The translations under genes and the position numbers were made by a program. The notes beneath the pieces are model-generated. The model was not told where the DNA came from and did no database searches. It saw only the letters and a program-made list of their open reading frames with translations. A stretch of DNA of 64,000 nucleotides from Antedon mediterranea. Taxonomy: Eukaryota; Animalia; Echinodermata. The stretch spans positions 22,131,648 through 22,195,647 of the forward strand of contig NC_092673.1 of assembly GCF_964355755.1 (NCBI RefSeq). The letters are read 5' to 3'. Position 1 is the first letter of the stretch, and every line of letters begins with the position of its first letter. Shown here piece after piece: positions 24,501-38,802 of this stretch.

Positions 24501-24674
24501 ATTCTTCATTTCATTTCAGGTATTTTCAAACAATAAAACACCCTAAAGTAAATGTAATCATATTGTAACGGCAGTATGCGTAGACTAGCAAACAATTACG
24601 TAATTGTTGTATCTGGGTTAATTTGCATAAATGCCAGACGTATAATAATAGAATCTCACTGGCTAGTGTGGCTG

Positions 24675-25886
24675 TCACTGTCCAAAATGTTGAAAAAAAG
24701 TTTAAGATTTTGAGGGAGGCCAACAAAATGAATAAACTTAAAGGATGGGAACGAGTCTTTATTTCTCCAGACAAGACAACACGGGAACGAAATGATGACT
24801 TTAAGCTCCGCTGTGAGGTAAGAAGACGACGGGCCAATGGTGAAAATGTTGTTATAAGAAAAGGGCGAGTTGAAATTAGAGAATCAAAAAACTAGTTTCC
24901 ATACAAAAGGACAATTATTTGGAGTTTTTTGATGAGGATTTTGTTCTAAAAAAGCTTTTTAATTCTGTTCATTTAGAGGGTCTGTCTGATTTGAATTCTC
25001 GGCCGGGTTTTTTAGCCCAAGACAGAAATATTTCTAAGTTTGAGGATACTAGCAGTGTAGTATTTTCGGAATTAATGAAATCAGAAGAAGTTTTTTGTTC
25101 GATTCCTGAAGGTTCTCCTGCCTCTGTGAACTTTCCAATTGATTCCAGTTTTCCATGTGCCCCTGAGCTATCTAACATTAAAATATTATACACCAATGCC
25201 CAGAGCATTATGAACAAAATTGACCAACTAAGAGTAGTTGTGTTAGATAGAAACCCAGATCTGATAGCCATCACAGAGTCATGGACAAACGAGAAAATTA
25301 ACAATGCAATTCTAAAGTTAGATGGGTATTCTTTGCTGTGTAGGCAAGATAGACTTGATACGAAAGATGGGCGTGGTGGTGGGACCTTACTTTATGTTAG
25401 GGAATCTATTGATGCAACAGATTTAAGTGATATTTCGCAGGATTTCAGCAATTCTGTTTGGGCTGAAATCCACCTAAAGGAGCGTCGGAAAGCCATTATT
25501 GGTATTGTCTACCGGTCACCTAATAGTTCACTTCACAATAATATACAAATGTATGTACCTATGAGAGAAGTTTTAAATAAGTCGTGTCCTACAGTTATAA
25601 TCGGAGACTTTGATTTTCCAGTTATTGATTGGGAAAATTTAGAGTCTAATTTGGATGGTCAGGATTTTTTTTGGATTTTGTTCAAGATGCATATCTTACC
25701 CAACATGTTGAATCAGCGACTAGAGGAAATAACATTTTGGATCTTATTTTAACTAATGAACCTAATATGGTGTCTGATGTTGCTTGTGTTGGTAGACTTG
25801 GGTCTAGTGATCATGATATGCTAGAATTTTGTTGTAATATTGATACGCTGATTAATGATAGTACTGAATATGTCTTTGATTTTAGT
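24675..25886 (+). mobile_element. CR1/L2-type LINE fragment: ORF1 C-terminus and APE endonuclease; resumes at 44924-~45040
   Basis: ORF1 VFISPDKTTRER; APE LYTNAQS, IAITESW, GGG, VYRSP, IIGDF, LDLILT, SDHD; breaks at YVFDFS and continues RANWNNIRDVLVEVDW at 44924. Confidence 0.88.
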
Positions 25887-26318
25887 AAAAAAAATAATGT
25901 CCCCTTGGCAGGGGTTTTTACTGGAAAAAAAAGAAATTATTTTGATATGTAAAATAAATAATTGATCTGGAATCATAAAATTAAAAATTGAAATTAGCAG
26001 TCCCTTTTAAACAATGAATGTATCTAATTATTGCTATGATAATAGTTTAAATTGCACATTTTCTGATTACAACATAGACTCTGTTTGTCTAGTAACAACT
26101 ACCAAAGTTCCTCCAGCAGCAGAGAGAAAAGCATGGGAGGTTTCTACAACAGATGTCGATACTTCCGATGTCGATACTTCCGATGATGACATACCAGCAG
26201 GTCAGTAGCAATAACATTAACCATGAACTTTTGCTAACCTTTCTTAGTAGGGCTCCTACCAACTTTATACAAAACTTCATCTAGGCTTGGGTAGGGAATT
26301 ACCTTTTAAGCAGCCAGC

Positions 26319-26349
<31 letters not shown>

Positions 26350-29300
26350 TAGCCAGTAGATATTAGTATCCTCTATAGAGGCTAGTTTATTTATTTAGAT
26401 TTACTTCCCTACTACACCTTTAAATCATTAGCATACTTAATAATTACAAAGGTGCATTCTTCAGAAATAACAAAATACAACAAAAACCTCATTATTAATA
26501 ACGATGAGAAAAATGGTGAAAAAAAGGATAAATGGTAATAAGCTCCCATAAAGCCTATAGCTCCTGGATCAAAATATTATCTTCCACTATCCAAAATTTG
26601 AAAATGTCTGCTATCAATCACCAGTTACCCCAAATGAAGAATTACTGTACATGTATGTTGCATAGGCTGCTATAAATATTAAACTACTATATTTTTATTT
26701 AGCCTGCAAGAGAAATACAGGAGGCCTAGAGACTGTAGAAACTAATTACCTTAATTCATCTGGATCAAGTGATGATGAGATTAAAATCTCTAATCACACA
26801 AGTAAGCGTAGTGGTAAGTTTGATATGTCATTAATTTTTAAAACTACTTTTATTAAATAGTGCTTGATGTTGATGGTTGTGCTGTACCTAAAAGATATGG
26901 AAATTGCTGGTTGTTTCCATTTGTGTCTGATTCTATGGTCAGGTTCTAATGTTATGTCTGTATGGTATGTAAATAGGTACGACTGTCTAATGAACAAGGC
27001 ACCTGCACAACCTGTAATTGAACACTCGAAAATTGAAATTGAATTATCTGAACCGAAAAAAAAATTGTTTGTCAAAGAATTAAAAGTATCTATATATTAA
27101 TGCGAATTAGTCACCTAGTTTTACGTAACCTCCAAAACTTCTGAAACCGTATTGACTGATCACATTTTCCGCAATTGGTACCATATAATTGTTATTTTGT
27201 TTGTTTGTTTTTTTTTGCCAATGGATAATGTAAGTTTATTCTTTCTGTAGAAAAAAGGAAAAGGAATCACCTACAGCCAATACACAACTTGTATTTGACC
27301 TGCTGTTGTGCATTAATGTGCATTGGTATGCTAAATTTTAGAGAAATAAAACAGACAAGGGAAGCTTTTCAAGCAATGACCGAATATGAACAACGCTGTT
27401 GGATCCTTAAATATTTCAATGAACATCTCAGCACATCCGGAGGTGCCACCAAAATCTGTCTACTAGTTGGTGCTAACAAAGTTTGTGCAAAAGCATGGAT
27501 GTTAGTAAATGGTATTGGACGGTCAACTTTTTACAAAATAAGGAAGCAAGCTATTGGTAATTAATTTTTTAGTTTTACCAGGGAAGAGTTAAATTACTGT
27601 ACTGTAATTTAACTCTTCCCTGGTTTTACAGTACATTTTACATTATTAATTTTACATGCTGTTAATATTACTTTTAATGTATGTGTTTTAATGTTGCTGA
27701 AACGGAAAGATTACTGTGACTGTGTGAAGATTACTTTCCATTATACTTATAGTCGTATTATACAGGGCCATAGGCAGGATCTGACGAGGAGTGGAGAATA
27801 ATTTTTTTTAAATGAATAGAATGCATTTGATTATTGTTTAATTACACAATAAAATTAATATGCTTAACACTATGTTAGAAAGATAATGCAAAATGATCAT
27901 AAGTCATTAATCAATGGATTAAACCAAACAATAATAAAATAGTACAGTATTTGAAATTCCTAATATTTGAAATTTACATTTTATTTCTTTTCAGAAGGAT
28001 GCTGTTATCTTTTACCACCCAACTTCACCAGAAAGATGGTATATAGCAATTCAACTCAACAGTGTCGGGCTTGGTTTATTAAATTTTGTAATGAATAAGG
28101 TGATCAAATGCCAACTAATGGACAAATCCATCTACCATCAACGCTTACCAAAACATGATGTGTACATGCATATGAAAGATGAGTTTGAGCTAAGAAATGA
28201 AGATGTGTGTGCATTAGCGACATTCTACAAGTGTTGGTGTGTTGAATTCAAGCATATTGTAATACCCGAGGTATGTTTACGTTTTTACACTTATTATGGT
28301 TTGTACCATTTACTTCAATGGACAAAATCCATGTCATCTTCATTGACTGAAGTATTTTTTAACGTATTTTTATAAATTCACTTCAATGTTATGCAGAAAG
28401 TCCTGTAGGTTAAATTTTCATTCCAAATAAAATACTGGAAAAACATACTGTACAATCCAGATGCATGTATGATGGGCCTCACAACTCCTTCCCTACATTC
28501 ACTATATTGAATGCAAAATTTGTTTAATTTTATATTTTTACGTGCTGTATTTTTTCAATTTTTTTTAATAGGAAAATCGTTTTGCAAAATGCAGCAAATG
28601 CACCAGAATTAAATTTGAGCTGCACAAGACAAATCAAAAGCAAAAACGGCAAGTACTAATGATGAAGAGAGAGAAGCATTTACGAAAACAAAAGTAAGTA
28701 TGCCTACCTATTTTGTGTACAAAACCAGTAGTTTAAACCTTTCAACAAGAAATTCTGTTGAACTTGTATACCCGGTATTACCATAGATAGGAAAAATAAT
28801 TATTTCTTCCACTGTATACCTCCTCTATAGTATTATTAGTGTTTTTAAAAATAATTCTAACTTAATAAAATTAAGAGTGATTGAAATAAAACAGAAAATA
28901 ACTGGGAAAAATGGTAGAAAATGAAAATAATTATTGTGTATGAACAATGAATGAATAAAAGTGGTTGTAAACAAAAAAAGAGAAAAGATAAACAAAATCA
29001 TTATTATACAAAAAACCTCTACATTTAATCAATAATTGTAATAGATTAGAAGTAAAGCATTGTCTCATCTTGTCATCGGCTAATAGATAACATATAACTA
29101 AACAAAACAAAAATTTATTATTAAATGCAAAATAAAACTATAAACATATGATTTTAATTTTTCAGTATTGAACGTCGAAAGTACTATAAACATATGCAGA
29201 AAGCAAGACAGAATCCCACCAAGTATTTGTCAATAATTATCGATGGAATGGACCAAAGCAAGACTGATTTACCATCTTTTGCTTGCGAATCAAAAGAAAC

Positions 29301-31633
29301 GTCGAAGATGTGGAAACTAGCCACACATGTAACTGGTGTTCTGGTACATGGGCGACATGGGCACTGCTTCATTGACCTAAAGCAGTTTCCACATGACTCA
29401 AACCTAACCTGCAACATTATACTGTTGAAGGTGCTGTCAGAGATACAACCTCTACCACCAGTCTTATATCTGCAGTTGGACAATAGCGGAAAGGATAATA
29501 AAAACAGATTTGTTTTTGCACTATGTGCTCTTCTTGTAGAGTTAAAGATTTTTCGAAAGGTAAATGACTATAAATTTATAAATGATATAAAAATAATAAA
29601 ACAGTATACACAGTGCACTTTAAAGAACCCAGTTCATCATTCATTTACCCTGTTCTCGTTCACCACAAAATATCCCCTGTGTTGGGTGATTTCCACCTGC
29701 ATAATAGGACAGTAATTAATTTACTATTGGTAATTATCTAAAGACATAAAATATTCAATAACATTCTAGTCTAACTAGATGAGGAAAAAATGGAAATATA
29801 CTAAAAATTTATTTTTTTTATGTTGCTTTGAAAAGTTTTAATTTTAAATCATTACTTCTTTTACTCTTCAGATAAAGATTGGGTTTTTAATGGTGGGTCA
29901 CACTCATGAGGATATTGATTATTTTCATGTGTGGCCAAATACCTGAACAAATATAGAGCATCTACACTTGATCATCTTCGAAGTGCTGTTGAAAACTCGT
30001 ACAAAAAGTTGCCGATTACATCAAGTATCATTTCCTTTCTGCATGACATTAAGAACTGGTTAGTACCATACATGCAAGACATATGTTACCACAGCAAACC
30101 ACACCAGTTTAAGTTTGTTTTGGCTCAAACCGGAAAATGCATCATGTCCTATAAGAACTGGTCAACGGATTGTACTTGGTGTGAATGTGCAAGAGAAATG
30201 GACACACTTCCATATTTGCTCAAGGAAAGCCCTGCTGATATACCAGTGTTGTGTACTCTTGATTTTAGTAATGCAGATATACCAAAGTAAAAAAAAAGTC
30301 TGGCGTCTGTTGCAAATTTTTTGCGAATAGAAGAACGTGACTGGTGGGAGGAATTTTTAAATAATATAGAAGACATCACAGAAGGTATGTACTGTACTAC
30401 ATTGCATGTGTGATGTTTCACCATTTTACACATATATTTTTTGGTTAACAAGAGAATTTTGATTTTAGTATAGATTCAGCAGCTATAACAAAATTCAACT
30501 ATTTACTCCACACAACTATGTTGGGTCACATTCACCAATGCATGCTTCCACTGATCATTTTATGTGAGAACCTAAAATTATCAAATAACATGAACGATAT
30601 CTAGTGGAGTACACTGGAGAAACATGCCTCCTGATTAATTCATAAGATAAAATCAATCAATCAGCATCTGATTAGCATGGTGCGCAATGTATTGGCCCAG
30701 CTTTTATGCAACACCTCAGCATAAATATATCATGCTATTTTGTATGAATGTATATTATTTACTTTTTAAAACTAATACGTACTCTTTTTTTTTTTAGGAA
30801 ATGAACAGCGATTTTTGCTCCATGACATCATTTTTAATGACAACAATTCAAGCCCTATGAGGGAGGAATCTGATGGAAACGAGACAGACATTAGTGACTC
30901 AGATAATGAAAATGAAATAAGACCGGTATGATAAAGATATTATAGATTTTCAAAATTACATCTTTGAAACATGTAATGCAACATAGTTTAAAGCAGTGCT
31001 TATATTTGGGATATGATCTCATAATCGCATCAAGCAAATGCATCAACGAAAATTCTATATTTTTAGGGTTGTAAGAAAAATGATTATGACTTTTCTATGC
31101 TTTCTCCCACACTACTAGGTACACATTTGTAGTGAATTTATTTTAGTTGGTTCCGAGCTTTCTCAGGCGTATATATATATAACTCCACGCGACGTACACT
31201 GTCACTGAATGATAACTCCTACAAAAAGTATATTTAACTCAACTAGAACTTTTATTCCTTGTAATTCGATTAATACATCTTTCTAACACTACCAGTCAAG
31301 CCTTAATATTTTCTTTATCATCTTTCCGTTTATCTACTCTGATCTTATTCTCTCTTCTCTTTCTAATATCTATTACATTCCACTTTTATACTGGATATGC
31401 AAATTTTAGGCTTCAGAGGAGGATAACATTTTCCCTCCAAAAATTATACGATTTTGATTGGCTAATAATAAGGCGGACCTGGTCTAAAGCATCCTTCTCT
31501 AAACACAGAGAATCACAACATTTAATATGACATTCCCCTTTTTGGGAAAAAGATTGTGTCAATCTTTCCAAAAATTTAACATTTAAAACCATTTTACTTT
31601 AAACTATCTACTAATAACACCTCTATAATATTA

Positions 31634-32946
31634 TTATGCACGGCTTAATCCATCTGCATTTCCATTTAATGATCCTTTCTTGTAAATAACTTTGAATTTA
31701 TATCCTTGTAAAAACAGAGCCCATCTCATAAGTCTAACATTGGCACCCTTCATTGAGTCCATCCATCTCAATGCCTGGTGGTCAGTATGAACTTGAAATT
31801 CACAACCATACAGATAATACTTAAGTTTATTGATAGCCCAAACAATAGAGAGGCACTCTTTTTCTGGCACAGAATATCTCTGCTCATGTACAGATAACTT
31901 TCTATTTAAGTACACAATGGGATAATCATTACCCTCACCATATATTTGGCTCAGCACTGCACCTATGCCATAATTTGAGGCATCGGTTTGCAATATAAAC
32001 ATCTTATCAAAATTTGGGGCTTTTAATACATTATCATCAGTAAGTCGTTTCTTTAAAGTTACAAAGGCATTTTCACATTGTTCATTCCACTTTCTTAACG
32101 GTATTACTTTTACTCTTTAAAGTTAAATCAATCAATGGCTTAGCAATATCGGCATAGTTCTGTACAAATTTTCTGTAATAGCCCGTTAATCCGAGAAATG
32201 ATCGGACTTGTTTCTTAGACAAAGGTCTGGGGAACTTTTCCACAGCCTCAACCTTATCAATCATGGGTCTAATTTCTCCATTACCAATCTTATGCCCCAG
32301 AAATTCTACCTGTGCATAGGCAATTTTACATTTCAAAGGCTTTGCTGTCAATCCAGCACTACTTAATCTTTCTAATACATCATTCAAATGAAAAATATGA
32401 TCTTTCCAAGTTTGACTATAAATACATATGTCATCTATATATGCCTTAGCATATCCCTCAGTACCTTGTAATACCTTATCCATTAATCTTTGGAAAGTAC
32501 TAGAGCTATTTTGCATACCAAATGGAAGTACATTGTAACAATACTGTCCAAATTGTGTAATAAATGCTGATTTGTCTTTGGTCTTAGGATCCAGAGGCAC
32601 CTGGTAAAATCCTTTAGTTAGATCTAACGTAGTTATGTATATTGCGGATGATACCTCATCCAACATTTCGTCTATGAGAGGCATAACATAAGGGTCAAAT
32701 TGTGTAGTCTTATTTAGTGATCTAAAATCTGTCACCATTCTAATTTGATTCTGGCCTTTCTTCAGGGCAATAATAGGTGCAGCATAGGCACTAACTGTAG
32801 GTTCTATTATACCCATAGCCAACATACTATCTAATTCTTCTTTCAATTTACCCTTTAATGCTTGGGGCGTTCTATATGCCCTATGCCTTATAGGCATTTC
32901 ACCATTACTGTAGTCTTAATTTCATGTGTCACTAAGTGAGTTCTAC
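31634..32946 (-). pseudogene. pol: RT-RNase H of the Gmr1-like Gypsy
   Basis: RT LDLTKGFYQ...LPFG...AYIDD (32897-32082); RNase H QTDASNYGIG...EKECL...NADGLSRA* (32002-31634). Confidence 0.93.
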
Positions 32947-33586
32947 GGGTAGTAACAAAGTGCGAGGCAGCGAGGCACGCGAGGCAGGGAGGCATGCGAG
33001 GCAAGTCAGAAATTTATGCGAGGCATCGTTTTACCATCATCAAAAAATGCGAGGCATCATTTTATCATTTCTCAAAATTGCAAGGCAGGAAATCACCGAA
33101 ATTGAAGTAGCCTAGGCCCGCTAGGCTAGTTTCCTTTTGCACCTGCCTTGTAATTTAACCAAGGCTTTATCCTGAATACCACAGCTTAGAATTAGTAGGC
33201 CTACTTTAATGAAGAAAAATCACATAAAAGTAACAATAAATCCATTAAATTGGTGATTTTACAGAAGTTGTTTTTCTCGCATTTCGCACACTCAATGTTC
33301 AATATTTTGGTTTCTATGGAACGCCAAAAGAGCAAAATTAATTAGAGGGCTAAAAACTCTGTGGAATCCATTTATATTTAACGCATCATTTCAATAGATT
33401 TTGTCACTGTCAGTAAGGAAAAATGTTACTGTTGATAATGTACATGGTTTCGTTAACCTTTTAAAGAATAAAATAGAAAAATTCATCATAATATCCTTAG
33501 TAGGATGTCCTAGGTCTAGACTAGGTAGTGATGTTGATTTAGGATCGATTATTATTCTTTGAAAACAGAACAGTATCAGCAGTAAT

Positions 33587-35383
33587 CAGGCCCGTAGCCA
33601 GGGGGGGGGGGTTTTATGGTTCGGGCGAACCCCCCCCCCCCTTTAAAGCGAACCCCCCTTAACCGACTGCGAACCCCCATCCCCGACATGCCCAATACCT
33701 CACCCTCATCTCCGAAAATCGTCCAAATACGTGCCCCACAGTACAAAAAGTTGTTCGTAAATTAAAAAATTCGTAAACTCGTTCGGAATAACTCATACAG
33801 TACCTTCTTCCCTGTATGAGCGTACTTCGAGCGATATAGTCTGTAAATTTCTAAGAGTTGCAAATGAATTGCCGATTTTATCAACATGATATTGACGCGT
33901 CTCACAGCGAGCTGGGGGACGAACGATTCGTACAAAGGACACCGCCAGACAACTGCGTACCAATTGTTTAGATCACTGGCAGTCAGGCAGCATGCATAAA
34001 GTATATAGCCTTCCGACATACATCAGTATTTATGTGTGGCTATGAAGTATAATGTATCATAGAGGATTATAGTGAATATTAATATTTTACACTATAATAT
34101 CTATGGTATCATGTACTGTAGTTCACATTATGGCATCCGATTATTTTTTTCTAGACCACCAGCCGATACGTACTCAAATGTATCAATATCACCTATTTAC
34201 ATTGGCATATTTAATTTCCTCAACAAATTGCTGTAAATAAATATTATAGATAGAGCTATAATAAGAATTGCATTTTCCTTCACCCAGTGTGCTTTTTTCG
34301 GGGCTTCTCCTAGACGTACGTTCGCATTGAACTTGAACGCAAAACAAAATATCGAGTAAAATGATCTAACAATCGGCGGTTCCGCACAGAGCACGCGCAT
34401 CTAACATACGGCAACAAATGTTATCGTTTAAATAGTCCACGAGTCCAAGTACGATCGTTTTGCTCATTGGTAGCATGCTGCATGAGAGTGTCTTTTCCGG
34501 CCATCTAGGGGTGTCATTTAACAAAATTTGCTTCGCCGATACGTACTCAAATGTATCAATATCACCTATTTACATTGGCATATTTAGTTTCCTCAACAAA
34601 TTGCTGTAAATAAATATTATAGATAGAGCTATAATAAGAATTGCATTTTCCTTCACCCAGTGTGCTTTTTTCGGGGCTTCTCCTAGACGTACGTTCGCAT
34701 TGAACTTGAACGCAAAACAAAATATCGAGTAAATGATCTAACAATCGGCGGTTCCGCACAGAGCACGCGCATCTAACATACGGCAACAAATGTTATCGTT
34801 TAAATAGTCCACGAGTCCAAGTACGATCGTTTTGCTCATTGGTAGCATGCTGCATGAGAGTGTCTTTTCCGGCCATCTAGGGGTGTCATTTAACAAAATT
34901 TGCTTCGCCGATACGTACTCAAATGTATCAATATCACCTATTTACATTGGCATATTTAATTTCCTCAACAAATTGCTGTAAATAAATATTATAGATAGAG
35001 CTATAATAAGAATTGCATTTGCCTTCACCCAGTGTGCTTTTTTCGGGGCTTCTCCTAGACGTACGTTCGCATTGAACTTGAACGCAAAACAAAATATCGA
35101 GTAAATGATCAAACAATCGGCGGTTTCGCACAGAGAGCACGCGCATCTAACATACGGCAACAAATGTTATCGTTTAAATAGTCCACGAGTCCAAGTACGA
35201 TCGTTTTGCTCATTGGTAGAATGCTGCATGAGAGTGTCTTTTCCGGCCATCTAGGGGTGTCATTTAACAAAATTTGCTTCGCCTCAGGCCCACCCCAGGG
35301 GGGGGGGGGGTAGGTATGGGGGTGGGGTGACCCAAATACTTAGTGTGCGAACCCCCCCTTGACAGATCCTGGCTACAGCCCTG
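33587..35383. mobile_element. hAT-like non-autonomous element inside MITE A copy 1
   Basis: TIR CAGGCCCGTAGCCAGG / CCTGGCTACAGCCCTG; absent at the same site (CAGCAGTAACAT) in copies 2 and 3; only a partial AGTAA duplication is seen. Confidence 0.75.
34162..35283 (+). repeat. Tandem triplication, ~373-bp unit
   Basis: GCCGATACGTACTC at 34162, 34535 and 34907; near-identical units joined at a GCC microhomology. Confidence 0.95.
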
Positions 35384-36630
35384 AGTAACATATTACAACA
35401 TTTTTATTGACAAATTAACAAATATATTGAAATAAAACGTGTTTTTCACCAATAAATGCATGAGAAATTGACGCATTCCACTGAGTTTTAGTCCTCTATT
35501 ATCGTTGCTCTTTTGGCGCTCCATAGAAACAAAAATATTGAACATTGAATAAGTGAAATTCGCGAACAGTGTGCGAGAAACACGCCTGTAAAATCATTAA
35601 TTTAAGGATTTATTTGTTACTTTTTATGTGATTCTTTCATTAAAGTACTCATGAGGTATACTTCTAAGGTGTGGTATTCACACGATAAAGTTAGTTATCA
35701 AATTTGGAGTAAAAATACAAGCGAAGGAAACTAGCGCCAGGTTTATTAGTACGTACATGGACAACAATAAATAAAAATCGTTCGTAATATACCTAGCTTA
35801 CTAAAACAGGAATAGTGTATCATTATTAAATATTACACCAACTATTATTTTATCAAAATTGATTAAATTATTTTCTAGATAGGCCTCTTATCTAGGTTAG
35901 GGCTAAGCATATTAGCTAAAGTTTAATTTTAGGCCTAGTATTACAATTGTCGGACGTAAGTCTTTTTTCACACGCGCTCCAGAATTCTGTCGCAATTTTT
36001 TTCTTTGCGGCATGTTATTGGATCGGCATATCAGTTACCTTTTATTCACCGCCAGTTATTGAACTTGTCCTGGCAATCGCTGTTCACCTTATTTGCGAGA
36101 GAGGTACACGTGTTGTTCCTAGAGAATGGAATGTCAAAAATGTCTTTGGCACGCCGCTCAGAGAGAAGTCTGTGCGTTGCTGCTGAAACCACGTGCTATA
36201 GGAGGGGAATGCACCACAATCCTCTGAGCTGAGGGCTGAATCATTCCGCTACCTGCTAAATAGTAAAGAGGGATTTTCCATCTCTCGGGTCTACCGGATC
36301 TAGGCGCAGGGGTGTGACAAAATATTATTTTCACTCTGCTATGTTCGACAGACATGTGAGTGAACACGCTCGAAATGCCAACAAACATTGCAGTCATTTG
36401 ATGAGTGTGTCGCTATAACAATTATTGTTTATCGAAAGTTGAAGACTGTCGTTCAGATTTTTGAACCGTAGTTTGGGCACTTTTGTAAAAGTAAAATTTG
36501 ACACGATATGACTTGAATGAAAAAACAATCGTTACATAAAAATAAACAACATGATGAGTGTATACACGAATCTATTTAGATACGCTTGTATCGATTGATT
36601 ATTAGGCCTATAATATAGCATAACCAGGCC

Positions 36631-38802
36631 GGGTGTCACGAAAGCTCAGACCACGAAAGCTCAGACCCCCTAAGACCTAAGATCACGAAAGCTAAGACCC
36701 AACACCTAAGATTACAAATACTAAGATATACTACAGCTTAAAAACAATACTTGTTTATCCATACATAATTTTAAACACAGTAGGTTTCATTTATTACCAT
36801 AAATATAATTTAATACTACCGCAAAACATAGATAAACTCACATTATTTTCGCCCGTTGAGTAAATGTATATTTTTTCTTTACAACAAACAAACTTGACGG
36901 GTTGTTTGTTGGTATATATTTACTCCATTGTGTTGGTTCAGAGGATGTTTTTCTTACGCACCTGCCTTTCTTGTATTTTGACTCCAAATTTGTTGACTAA
37001 CTTTATCCTGAACACCACACTTTAAAATTAGGACTTATAAGTACTTTCAGAAGGAGAAACACATAATAACAAATAAATAAATCCTTTAAATTGATGATTT
37101 TACAGATGTGTTTCTTTGTATACTGTAATGACAATGTAACTCCTCGAGCTCCCCATGCTCAATGTTTTTGTTTCTATGGAGCGCCAAAAGAGCAACAATA
37201 ATAGTACAAGTATAAAAACAGAAAGAAAACGAAACAAAAAAACTTATCATGATTTTTAAATTAAAATTTATTTGCCAGTATTTATTTCTTCGTACTTGCA
37301 TGATTATACTATTATCATTACAATTTTAATTTTACATTGTTCCATCCACACTGTAGATGGACTCCACAGAGTTTTCAGCCCTCTATATAATTTTTGCTCT
37401 TTTGACGTTCCATAGAAACAAAAACATTGAACATGGCTCATGGGGTAGGCCTACTGTACTGTAGGCTAGTCATTTTGTGTGCGAGAAAAACGTCTGTAAA
37501 ATCATCAATTTAAAAATGTATTTGTTACTTTTTATGTGATTCTTTTTCATGAAAGTGCCAATTCTAAGGTGTGGTATTCAGAATAAATGTTGGGAGTTAA
37601 AATACAAGGCAGGTGCGAAAGATAAATATTTGTAATCTTAGGTGTTGGGTCTTAGCTTTCGTGATCTTAGGTCTTAGGGGTCTGAGCTTTCGTGGTCTGA
37701 GCTTTCGTGACACCCAGGGTGTCACGAAAGCTCAGACCACGAAAGCTCAGACCCCCTAAGACCTAAGATCACGAAAGCTAAGACCCAACACCTAAGATTA
37801 CAAATACTAAGATATACTACAGCTTAAAAACAATACTTGTTTATCCATACATAATTTTAAACACAGTAGGTTTCATTTATTACCATAAATATAATTTAAT
37901 ACTACCGCAAAACATAGATAAACTCACATTATTTTCGCCCGTTGAGTAAATGTATAATTTTTCTTTACAACAAACAAACTTGACGGGTTGTTTGTTGGTA
38001 TATATTTACTCCATTGTGTTGGTTCAGAGGATGTTTTTCTTACGCACCTGCCTTTCTTGTATTTTGACTCCAAATTTGTTGACTAACTTTATCCTGAACA
38101 CCACACTTTAAAATTAGGACTTATAAGTACTTTCAGAAGGAGAAACACATAATAACAAATAAATAAATCCTTTAAATTGATGATTTTACAGATGTGTTTC
38201 TTTGTATACTGTAATGACAATGTAACTCCTCGAGCTCCCCATGCTCAATGTTTTTGTTTCTATGGAGCGCCAAAAGAGCAACAATAATAGTACAAGTATA
38301 AAAACAGAAAGAAAACGAAACAAAAAAACTTATCATGATTTTTAAATTAAAATTTATTTGCCAGTATTTATTTCTTCGTACTTGCATGATTATACTATTA
38401 TCATTACAATTTTAATTTTACATTGTTCCATCCACACTGTAGATGGACTCCACAGAGTTTTCAGCCCTCTATATAATTTTTGCTCTTTTGACGTTCCATA
38501 GAAACAAAAACATTGAACATGGCCCATGGGGTAGGCCTACTGTACTGTAGGCTAGTCATTTTGTGTGCGAGAAAAACGTCTGTAAAATCATCAATTTAAA
38601 AATGTATTTGTTACTTTTTATGTGATTCTTTTTCATGAAAGTGCCAATTCTAAGGTGTGGTATTCAGAATAAATGTTGGGAGTTAAAATAAAAGGCAGGT
38701 GCGAAAGATAAATATTTGTAATCTTAGGTGTTGGGTCTTAGCTTTCGTGATCGTAGGTCTTAGGGGGTCTGAGCTTTCGTGGTCTGAGCTTTCGTGACAC
38801 CC
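36631..38802. mobile_element. Mutator-like MITE family C, head-to-tail dimer (36631-37715, 37717-38802)
   Basis: Each copy has ~90-bp TIRs GGGTGTCACGAAAGCTCAGACC...; the copies are separated by a single A. Confidence 0.92.

Larger units (their letters stand above)
32947..36625 (+). mobile_element. Mutator-like MITE family A, copy 1 (right TIR missing)
   Basis: Starts GGGTAGTAACAAAGTGCGAGGC with GCGAGGCA subrepeats; colinear with 39754-41843 apart from the 33587-35383 insertion. Confidence 0.88.

Noticed and set aside
24615-24673. Octamer ATTTGCAT duplicated at 24621 and 48776 as a host enhancer pair
   Set aside because: Explained as the shared part of the two BEL LTRs.
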